NCBI GenBank assembly: GCA_950097015.1 | Contig: CATNEN010000041.1 | Span: 1 to 64,000 of the forward strand | Source of the DNA: Macrostomum hystrix | Taxonomy: Eukaryota > Animalia > Platyhelminthes | Length of the DNA: 64,000 nucleotides | Direction of reading: 5' to 3' | Shown here: positions 1 through 9,803 of the stretch, piece by piece | Position numbering within the stretch: position 1 is the stretch's first letter | Layout of the letters: the number at the start of each line of letters is the position of its first letter | Position numbers and translations under genes: made by a program | Notes under the pieces: generated by a model | Told to the model about the DNA's origin: nothing | Databases searched by the model: none | The model's input: the letters and a program-made list of their open reading frames with translations, nothing else

Positions 1-430
1 GGAGGGACTTCGCACACACACACACACACACACCAGAAGTTCGAAGCGAAATTCGAGACATCTAGTTGCCCCGAATGACTGAAATGAAAGTCAGCTTTGG
101 GGACTTGTTTAGCCTCTTCTCCCGTCTCCCACACAATGTCTTCCCAGCATCCAATTGGCTGGTCCCCCATCACCGTCCACTCGGCTTTCCATCTTGGGTA
201 TTGCAGACTGCAGACTGTGTTTTCTGCGCAACACTGATCAGAACACGAGGCGGCCGAAATGCAATTCGGCTTGGGGTGGGGCTGCTGGGCTTTGATGAAG
301 CCAGCCCTGGGATTTCAGGCTTCGGCCACAGCGCCCTCATTTAGGAGGATCGGCTGCCAATGCAAATTCGAAATATGAAAATGTGATCAAGTTTCTGCTG
401 ACTTATTTGTGACTGATTGCAAACTGCTCC

Positions 431-490
431 TGTCTGACTGTCTGTATGTCTGTCTGTCTCTCTGTCTGTCTGTCTGCCTGTCTGTCTGCC

Positions 491-523
<33 letters not shown>

Positions 524-550
524 GTCTGTCTGTCTGCCTGTCTGTCTGCC

Positions 551-587
<37 letters not shown>
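431..587. repeat. (TCTG)n microsatellite
   Basis: Direct tetranucleotide run with occasional CCTG/TCTC variants; explains the TDRQ and CLSV ORFs. Confidence 0.95.
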
Positions 588-1274
588 GAGGAGGCTGTAG
601 GCTCCTGTCCAGGCTGTCCAAGTGTGCGCAGACAATGGCAGAAGTGTGAGGCAAGTTAAATGGCTCAATCCACCAAATTATTCTCTCCCATAAATGATTC
701 ACTTAGCAGCTCAGAGTCTTGGCAATTCAGAAAGCAGCCACTGAGTCACAACTGCAGTAAGAGCTTTTCAGAGGCCGATTCACCCTGGGCTGACTGACTG
801 ACTGGGGCGTGCGGAAACCCCGGAGGCTGAGGCAGCTGAGCGGGGCGCGGCTTCATCAAAGAGGATGTCTCAGGTGTCTCCGGTGCGGCCAGAGAGATTT
901 CCAGGAAAGAGTCGGTGGCTCATTGGCCAGGCAGTTCTTGAAGAATCTACTTTTTAGCCGGACAAGAGTAGCAGAAAAATTGCTGTTTTGCTGTTTTCCT
1001 CGCTAATCAAAGTCCTTGCGTTAATTCCCAACTTGGGACTTTTGGAACAAGGAGTGACTTGTGGCGCAATCGGCAGCCCAGCCTTCGACCCACACAGGGG
1101 TATTAGCATTCCCCAAGGGTTGGTGTCGGATTCTGTCGGCCCCCTAACTATGGCAGCTCTTTCTCCGACCCGGGGAAGCATCGTGTAACTATGGGTTGAG
1201 TCTGCACTGCCGCTTCTCACAGGATTGCCGGCTGAGTGGCTTCTAGACACTGCCTCGCTGCCTCCTACAACCAT

Positions 1275-2455
1275 CCTTCTCCCCCTATCCTTCTCCCCTC
1301 TATCCTTCTCCCCTCTATCCTTCTCCCCCTATCCTTCTCCCCTCTATCCTTCTTCCCTCTATCCTTCTCCCCTCTATCCTTCTTCCCTCTATCCTTCTCC
1401 CCTCTATCCTTCTTCCCTCTATCCTTCTCACCCCTATCCTTCTCCCCCTATCCTTCTCCCCTCTATCCTTCTTCCCTCTATCCTTCTCCCCTCTATCTTT
1501 CTCCCTCTATCTTTCTCCCCTCTATCTTTCTCCCCTCTATCCTTCTTCCCTCTATCCTTCTCCACTCTATCCTTCTCACCCCTATCCTTCTTCCCTCTAT
1601 CCTTCTCCCCTCTATCCTTCTTCCCTCTATCCTTCTCACCCCTATCCTTCTCCCCCTATCCTTCTCCCCTCTATCCTTCTTCCCTCTATCCTTCTCCCCT
1701 CTATCTTTCTCCCCTCTATCTTTCTCCCCTCTATCTTTCTCCCCTCTATCCTTCTTCCCTCTATCCTTTTCCACTCTATCCTTCTCACCCCTATCCTTCT
1801 TCCCTCTATCCTTCTTCCCTCTATCCTTCTCCCCTCTATCTTTCTCCCCTCTATCCTTCTTCCCTCTATCCTTCTCACCCCTATCCTTCTCCCCTATCCT
1901 TCTCCCCTCTATCCTTCTTCCCTCTATCCTTCTCCCCTCTATCTTTCTCCACTCTATCCTTCTTCCCTCTATCCTTCTCCCCTCTATCTTTCTCCCCTCT
2001 ATCTTTCTCCCCTCTATCTTTCTCCCCTCTATCCTTCTTCCCTCTATCCTTCTCCCCTCTATCTTTCTCCCCTCTATCCTTCTTCCCTCTATCCTTCTCC
2101 CCTCTATCTTTCTCCCCTCTATCCTTCTTCCCTCTATCCTTCTCACCCCTATCCTTCTCCCCCTATCCTTCTCCCCTCTATCCTTCTTCCCTCTATCCTT
2201 CTCCCCTCTATCCTTCTTCCCTCTATCCTTCTCACCCCTATCCTTCTCCCCTCTATTCTTCTCCACTCTATCCTTCTTCCCTCTATCCTTCTCCCCTCTA
2301 TCCTTCTTCCCTCTATCCTTCTCCCCTCTATCTTTCTTCCCTCTATCCTTCTTCCCTCTATCCTTCTTCCCCCTATCCTTCTCCCCTCTATCCTTCTTCC
2401 CTCTATCCTTCTTCCCTTTATCTTTCTCCCCTCTCTCCCTCTTCCTCTATCCTCC
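1275..2455. repeat. Pyrimidine-rich 15-bp minisatellite (CCCTCTATCCTTCTC), ~80 units
   Basis: Direct tandem repetition; source of the spurious 413, 547 and 257 aa ORFs. Confidence 0.95.
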
Positions 2456-3284
2456 TCCTCTCTTAACTTGCTCCAATCCTTTTTTATACATTCCTAGCCA
2501 TGTCTCGACTCGTCAGAATTTTCATTCCATTTTCGCAGTCTCAACCCCCGCTTCCCTCTCACCTTCATCTCTGTCCAACTCACTTCTGTTACAAATTTCC
2601 TTGTCCTGCAGGCTTCCTAAACATTTTATCCCTTTTTCTAAATCTTTCTCTGGCTCAGCTGCTCCCCGTCGCTTCCCACCTGCCCCGCGAATTCGCATTC
2701 CTTGGCCTCTTCAGCTTGCAGCGCCCGCTTACCTTTTGTCACATCTCCCCCACGCGACTCAAATTCCAGGAGTCCCTGTCTCGCTTCCCCTCTCAGCCCC
2801 CGCTCCGTCCCAGCAGTTCAGGCCAGGCAAGTCTTCATTAAAATTTCTGTTGCGCGCCTTGCTAGGTTCTTTCCTCTAAAAGAGCCCGCAGCATCTGCTC
2901 AGCCCCCACTTTCACACTCCGGCTCGGATGTCTCTCTGCCAGTCAAAACTGTGCGTGTCAGTTCGCCGCTGTCAGCGGACTCAGCCCCGCCCTGCTCCGG
3001 ACCCGCTCTGCTGCTCAGCAATTCTTGAAATTCAGGTGGCGCGCGGGGTCGTCTCAGGTGAGTGCTCTTAGCAGCGCTGCAATGCTGCGGCTTCTGTGCG
3101 GGGGTGGGTGGGAATTGATGAATTCTGCTGCTGCCAATTCCTATGAAAATGTTATTTTGTTTCAATACGTATCGCGCTTCAATTTCCCTGAGGAGGGCTG
3201 AAGTGAATGAAGCCTTCGCGGCTTTGAGACTATGCTCAGACCTGCACATTCCAGAATTTGACATATCTGGGTTAGTCTATGATT

Positions 3285-3527
3285 AAGTTCATGAGTGAGT
3301 TCGTAAGTGAGTTCATGAGTGAGTTCATGAGTGAGTTCATGAGTGAGTTCATGAGTGAGTTCATGAGTGAGTTCATGAGTGAGTTCGTAAGTGAGTTCAT
3401 GAGTGAGTTCACGAGTGAGTTCATGAGTGAGTTCATGAGTTAGTTCATGAGTAAGTTCTTAAGTGAGTTCATGAGTGAGTTCATGAGAGAGTTCATGAGT
3501 GAGTTCATGAGTGAGTTCATGAGTGAG
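3285..3527. repeat. 12-bp minisatellite (GAGTGAGTTCAT), ~20 units
   Basis: Direct tandem repetition. Confidence 0.95.
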
Positions 3528-4874
3528 CTAAGAAAGATTCTGTTTGGTGCTTTGAGAACTTTGCCAGGTGCTCGTCTCGTGGGATGAGTGAGTAAATTGT
3601 CTGGCTCGGTATTCTGTAGGCATTTAAGCATTCGGAGTTCTCAATTGCTGCTCATATCCAGCCGAGCATTCGTTTCCCAACTCCGAGCGAGCCTGAGGCA
3701 GCCCCCGGCACTCGCCCTGGAGTGCCGCGGAGGAGGGGATGTTGTGAAGAGGAGCCGGCCACTTAGAGCTCCCAGACTGCTCAGACAAATTGATGAAGAG
3801 ACTGGGAGGCTGCATAGAGCATCTGGGGCGGAGCAGAGTAGTAGCGCCACAGCCAGAGGTTGAATTTTGAAATGCCGAGCAATAGAAATGAGCACCCAGC
3901 CCCTATTGATTTGATGAAGAAAGTAGGGAGGGCGGACGGGCAGAGTCTGGCGTATTTCAAATTTTCCTGAGCGCGCCCTAATTACCATGAGGTCGGGGCT
4001 TGGGGGGCAGTAGGCTCTGAGGCGTAGGTTGAACAAATTCATGTGGCACCAATGTGGCGGGGAAAAAAGTCACGATCAAAGCGGGCACCGGCTGGCGCCT
4101 CCTCAGCCACCCCCCAGCACTGCGGAAATCTGCGTCCTGAACTGACATCTAGGAAATACTCGACTCACGTTGATGAGGAAAAGATGGGAATCTGGTGAGG
4201 CATTCGAGCTGCTGGCTGCTGTTCCATAATTCATGCCCGGCCTGTCTCTGGGCCTCCTGAGATGCGCCCGGACCCGGCCAGCTGCTCGGATTTTCCACCC
4301 GGCTGGCCTGGAGGGAGTGGGGTTGGCGCCTCAACCTGCTTGAATGCGGAGGCACAATTCGCCTCGCTAATGAATTGGGATATCAGATGGGGATTACAGG
4401 CTGCAGAAATTTTCACCTGAAAATGGAGGGGGGACTAGTGGGCGGACAAATCCCCAAGCCAGCTGGCGAAGTCCTCTAATTTAGTTGCCGTCCATTGTTG
4501 TCCGTGGCGCAGCTGGCAGTCTGGCTGACAGAACAGCCACCCCCCTCCTCGCCCCCCCTGTCTTGTTCTGCGGGGGCTGCGCAGACAATGCGGCTCTTGT
4601 TGGCTTTAACAGCGCCGGGCAAGCGGAACTTGGAGTCTGGGAGAAGCTGCATGATGAAGCAGCGGCCATCAGGGAGAGGTGGGCGCTCTCTATCTGGGCG
4701 GGAAGATGGGAAGCCACCTGGCAACTGGCTGGGCGCCCTCTGGCGAATCAGGGCGCGGAAAAATGGGAATCGGGACAGTTGGGCCATTTAAACTGAAAAT
4801 TGCCAGGCAGAGGGGGCTGCAAAAGTGAGCCAGCAGTTTAGCTTTCCGTTCCGTTCCAGGAGGCCGCCGCACAG

Positions 4875-7212
4875 ATGTCGCTCCTGACGCTGCTGCTGAT
4901 CGTCGCCGCCGCCCATTTGACTTCGCCGACATCACCGGCGACTTTGACAACTTCGCCAACGACGCCGACGCCGCTAGAGGAGGCGGCGCTGGCCGAGGCT
5001 CTGGCCGTGGTGCGGCACGACTTCCGCTTCCTGCGGCACGAGTGGGCCTACGCGGCCATCAAGTTCCGCGGCTTCCTGCGCCACTTCGCCGCTCCCTGGC
5101 GCCTCGTTGCTAACCTGGGCGGCGCCTACACAATCGGCGGCTCCGTCTACTTCAACAAGTGGTCCTGGGAGAAGGCGCTGGAGACCCTGGCCGAATTCTC
5201 CGGCGAGATGGAGCGTTACCACCGGGTCTACCGGGCCGTCAGACCTGGCGGCCGCCTGCGCCGGCACTGGCTGGCCCGCTACCCCCGCCTGGCCAGGGAC
5301 ACATTCGACTTCGTCGATTTTGTCGAGCGCCACTCGGCTCGCGTGTCCGACTGCGGTGGCCGGCCGCTCGAAGCCTTCTTGGTGCCGGGCGTCTTCTATG
5401 GCCAAAGCGGCGGCTCCGACAATGCTACCTGCGAGCTCCTTCGCCTGGCCGGCGACATCCTGGTGGAAGCCACGGCCGGCAGGCTGTCGCAAGCTCTGGC
5501 TGGCTACATCCGCTTGTCTGAGCTTGCCTGGGCCGCCGACGCCTGGCCTGGACAATCTGGCGATGCGCCCGACACAGCCGCAGTGCCCGGCGAGTCCTCG
5601 GCGACATCCGTCTCGGGAAATGGCGCTCATGTGGCCGAATCTTCTTCCGCGTCGAATCTGTCACAGTCGGCTGACAGCCGCAGCCTCGGCCGTCAGGTAC
5701 TCGGCCACCTGCTGCTTCACCTACGTCGATGGACGTACCGGCCGCCGGCCAAGATCTCCGAATTTCGCTGCCGAGTCTTGCGCGAAGATCTTGACGGCCG
5801 GCTGGCCGGACAGCTGGACGAGGGCGAGATGGAGGAGCTTCAGGCCGTGCTTGACGGCTGCCGAAACCTCACTCGGCTGTCCGTGGCGCCGTCGTCATCG
5901 CTTGAGATCACTGTTGTTTCCCCAGCCTACTCGGAGCTGCTGAACCTCTGGGAGGGGACGCGCCGGCAGCTGTGGCGGGAGTACTCAGCCTACAGGCAGT
6001 ACCGCAGCCGCATCCCGGCCATCCTTGGCGCCAAGTCCGCCATGCGTGCCGTCCTGCCGCTGATCGCCGCGATTGGCCTCCTCCTGAACGCCGTCGTCCT
6101 GCTGTTTTAACGCTCGTCGAGCTCATCGCCACGGCGGCGGTCGGAGTCTTCTGATAGCCCTATTGGCAGTCAGCGACTCCGCAGTGTTAATCGTGTCTCT
6201 TGTGTCACTATTCACCGACAACTACATGGAGCACAACCACAGTCTGAGGCCAAGCGGCGCCTCCGACCTCTGGTGCAAGTTCCAGCCGCACCTGTTCAAC
6301 CTGGCAGCAGAAACATCCGCCTACCTGCTGGTGGTGCTCGCAGCCGAGAGGTTCCTTGCCGTGCGCGCCGCCTGCTGCAGCAGCGGCGGTCACAAGCCGC
6401 TGCCGCCTCGCCGGCTCTGGGTGCTGGCCCTCAGCGCCTTCTGCTCCGCCTGCATCCTCAACTGCCTGCTGGTCATCGGCGACGAGCTGGCCGCCCCGGC
6501 CCGCTCCACCGTCGGCCGGCAGTGCGTGCAGTACGTCCGGCTGCGCCACTTCGACTCCAACCTGGCCTACGTGACTCGCGCTAAGCCGCTGTTGAATGCC
6601 GCCGCCCGCAGCCTGGCGCCCTTCGGCCTGGTGCTCGGCCTCAGCCTGGCCACCTGCCGCCTGCTCTGCCGCCGCGGCGCCTACCGCCTGCTACTGCGCC
6701 AGGACGAGGCCCGCGGCGAACAGCCCGAACTGCCGTCAGCCATCGGGCAGCTGTGCCTCGCACTGGCCTACCTGCTGCTGACGGCCCCCGCGCCAGTGAT
6801 TCACGCGCTGTTCATGACTGCGCACGCCGACCGGCTGGTGGTGAAGTTGGCCAACGGGCTCGTGGACGAATCGGACCCGATGTTCCGCAGCCACTGGCTC
6901 CGCCTTGGCCGCCTGACCGTCTCCCAGTACGTCGCCGAGTTTGGCCTGCTACCCACCAGTGCCGCCTGCAGCTTCTTCGCCTTCGTTGTCACCGATAGCG
7001 CCTTCCGCAGCTTCGTTCGGTCGACGGTTGGCTCGTCGGCGTCGAGGTCGTCTGTTACCGTCGCGTCGGCGTCGGCAAATGCGGCCATGACCGCCGACGT
7101 GACCGACGCTGCCGCGGCGAGCCATGCAGCAGAGATGGCGGGCGCCGAGCCGCCGTCGGAGCGGAGACGGAAGGCGCCGTCCGCTGACTGGGAGCAGACT
7201 GACCTTATTTGA
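4875..7212 (+). CDS. Rhodopsin-like (class A, peptide-receptor-like) GPCR with signal peptide and ~390-aa ectodomain; interrupted by a +1 frameshift at TTTT 6105-6108
   Basis: ORF 4875-6110 has a signal peptide, a Thr/Pro stalk and ends in a TM1-like helix (IGLLLNAVVLLF). Removing one T continues FNARRAHRHGGGRSLLIALLAVSD (TM2 LAxxD) into ORF 6163-7212, which has TM3 AAERFLAV (DRY-like) and further hydrophobic helices. Confidence 0.75.
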
Positions 7213-8698
7213 TCCTCGCCATCGCTCCAGTTTGGTGGCCGCAGTGAAATTTCAGACTCGAAGACAAACTGGAATATTTTACGGATGACCTTGGATGATA
7301 CTGCAGTTCTGATTTTCAGCTTCAATGCAAAGCTTTTGTATTCTTGTGCACTGATTTGCATGTCTGTGCGAGTTTTGCACTCGTCTGCCTGGCCGATCTC
7401 GCCCCATCTTCCCACTGGATCCTCTGTCCATGCAATTGCACAACCGCTGAGGATTCTCACTGATTGTCCTTCTGTGACGAGTAATTGTCAGTTAAAACAA
7501 ATTAGACAATTTTGTCTGTCATAGCTTATTGTTGCTGCATAGCAAACTTAGCCATTTGCAGATGTGTTGTAAAATTCTATCACTAGCTATACCCTAATGG
7601 ACCGCACACTGAAAATAATTGCCCATTCTCACGCACCTGTTTATAGCTGATAAAATAATTCTCGCATCTTAAATTTTTTATCAAGCCCCATAAAAGAATT
7701 TCAATCGATTCTATTGCGACGAGTTTTCGGCGAGGTTTTGGAAAGGTATTGCCGGTTGGGTTACTATGATGCTAGTTAGCAAATCAGGCAGCAGCAAATC
7801 TAATTACATCCAACCTTAATTGTGAAACTCACAGCTTCATACCATGATGAGGCATGTTATCAATGATCGCGTGAAATTCCAAATAATTATGTCAAATAAC
7901 AAGGTGAATTCGAATGATTCTCTACTTATCCGCTTCCTGCTATTGACACGCACGGAAACTGAAAATTTGGGATCTTCGATTTCTGAATCTTTTTTCCGAT
8001 AGGGGATTCGAGCAGCTTGGCAGAAGTCAGGTGAAATGTGCCAGTCAGCCATTGTTTTGACAGCCAGCCATTTCTGCCAATCTCTTCCCGGCATCGTCCG
8101 TGCCGGAGCACGAAAAGAACGGGAAATGCCAATTATGAAGATGAATCCCATTGTGGAGACTGCATGGCGTGAGAAACTCGCGGGAACACAGAAGAGTGCA
8201 CAGGGTTAGCGCAAATTTGTCGGGCGGGGGGGCGGGGGCGGGGGTAATTGGCGACTCACACAATAATCCCGGTAGGTTTTGCTTTAAACTATTGTAATAG
8301 TAGCGATAGTAATGGACTCACAGAAGCAGTCGCCATCATAATTGCGATAGCTCATCAACTCGATTGCTGGGGGGAGGTGCACTGCAGATCGGCTTTCTTC
8401 CGCTCATCACGCGTACCACGCTGGGCGGGCAAATGGCCCCGCGCAAAAAGAAACGCGATTATTCTAATCTAATCACTTAGCTGCATGGAGGCGGTGGGTC
8501 ATGGACTAGAGTAACTCTGTGAGATTAAGAGCAAAAGGGGATTGTAGCGGTGGATGCGAATTCCCCCTGACTCAGTTATGATGTTGTTAAGGACTACTTA
8601 TAAAGTTACAATTATCCACAGTGCTTGCATTTCTAAAAGTTTTCCAGCAGTAGATTGCTTTACTTGCCAGTTTCTAAGCATCCGACTCATGTCTAACG

Positions 8699-8744
8699 CA
8701 AGGACCACTGTAGTATAACTAATGTATTAAAACAGTGGTCCTTG
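8699..8744. mobile_element. 46-bp miniature TIR element (13-bp TIR CAAGGACCACTGT, 8-bp TSD GTCTAACG)
   Basis: Perfect 13-bp inverted repeats at 8699-8711 and 8732-8744; identical GTCTAACG at 8691-8698 and 8745-8752; first 11 nt identical to the termini of the element at 59658-63326. Confidence 0.8.
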
Positions 8745-9014
8745 GTCTAACGGGGGCAAGCAGTCTATTTAACTATTATATATAAATATATATTGCTGGT
8801 AAGCGCTTATAATTTCTAAATGCTTTCTAACCCACCCGAAATGCCTTGACACGACAAGACGACAATGATGAATACAACGATGTGCTTGAATCCATCTGTG
8901 TGCCGCGCTCCAACGTTAATTTTCAGCCTGACTACGTTGGCGCATTCATCATTGCGAAAATTTTCGACAGTGCATTAACGTAGCGCAAGGGAATTATTTA
9001 GTATTTTTTCACCT

Positions 9015-9390
9015 CTGTTTTCCAAAAACATATAGAATATAACATGCAAAAGTTTCACATATTTATCTTGCGATAACATGTTACAGTTACATTATAATTT
9101 ATTATAAATTATAAATTCTGTCATTTTATATTAATGAATACTTTCAGCGGCTTGAAATATAAGTCCAAATGCAATAGAAATGCAAAACTAAAACAATTAG
9201 ACATACATCACAGGACCTGCAAAGTAACACTGTACTGACATGAAGTAACAATAAGCTAGTTACAATTTATACGTTTGCTTTCACGATTTAATTTCATAGA
9301 AGCTCGAATTCTGTAACACAGTAACATGTTATCGCAGGATAAATATGCGAAACTTTTGCATGTTATATTCGGGATGTTTTTGGAAAACAG
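9015..9390. mobile_element. MITE-like element with ~80-bp imperfect TIRs
   Basis: 9015-9091 (CTGTTTTCCAAAAACAT...GATAACATGTTAC) is the reverse complement of 9311-9390 with few mismatches; AT-rich interior; no clear TSD. Confidence 0.65.
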
Positions 9391-9803
9391 CCCTCTATTT
9401 TTTTTCCTATTTTTCCTTTATTTGGATATTGCACATTTCGACTGTAGAACAATAGGCTAAATGAAAGGGTAACTTTGGTGTTACATTAAGCTATAACATT
9501 ATAGCTTGCAAATTGAGGAGCTTATGGCAGTATTAGTTGCATATTTTTCGTATTCCTTATTAAAAACTATATTAAGTAAGAAATGAGAGAAAGCATTTTT
9601 TCAAGCAGCGTTAATGGTTTAAAAAAATTACAGCTTTGTTTCTTCATATATTTCTTAGAACTAAACAATTCAAAACACTTTACGTCACGTTATTGCTCAC
9701 ATCGGCGGCCGCATCTCTAAAACACCTTAAACCTATCTATTTTTTTAATTCGACGTGAACCATCATCAAGCTGATCTAGTAGTCTATATCTTACGAAATC
9801 ATC

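Noticed and set aside
1225-2879. Long ORFs of 413, 547 and 257 aa (and similar ones at 12505, 22410, 31649, 36808, 36818, 53228 and 56526)
   Set aside because: They are translations of stop-free tandem repeats, not genes.
700-4800. Several 60-130 aa ORFs, possibly from a decayed element
   Set aside because: No recognisable motif in any frame I read; it cannot be assigned without a search.
4875-7212. Horizontal transfer from bacteria suggested by GC-rich intronless ORFs
   Set aside because: The products (GPCR, TXNDC9, SIDT) are eukaryotic families, and the spliced host genes have equally GC-rich 3' exons.
8220-8246. G-quadruplex-like GGGCGGGGGGGCGGGGGCGGGGG tract
   Set aside because: An isolated short G tract with no functional context.
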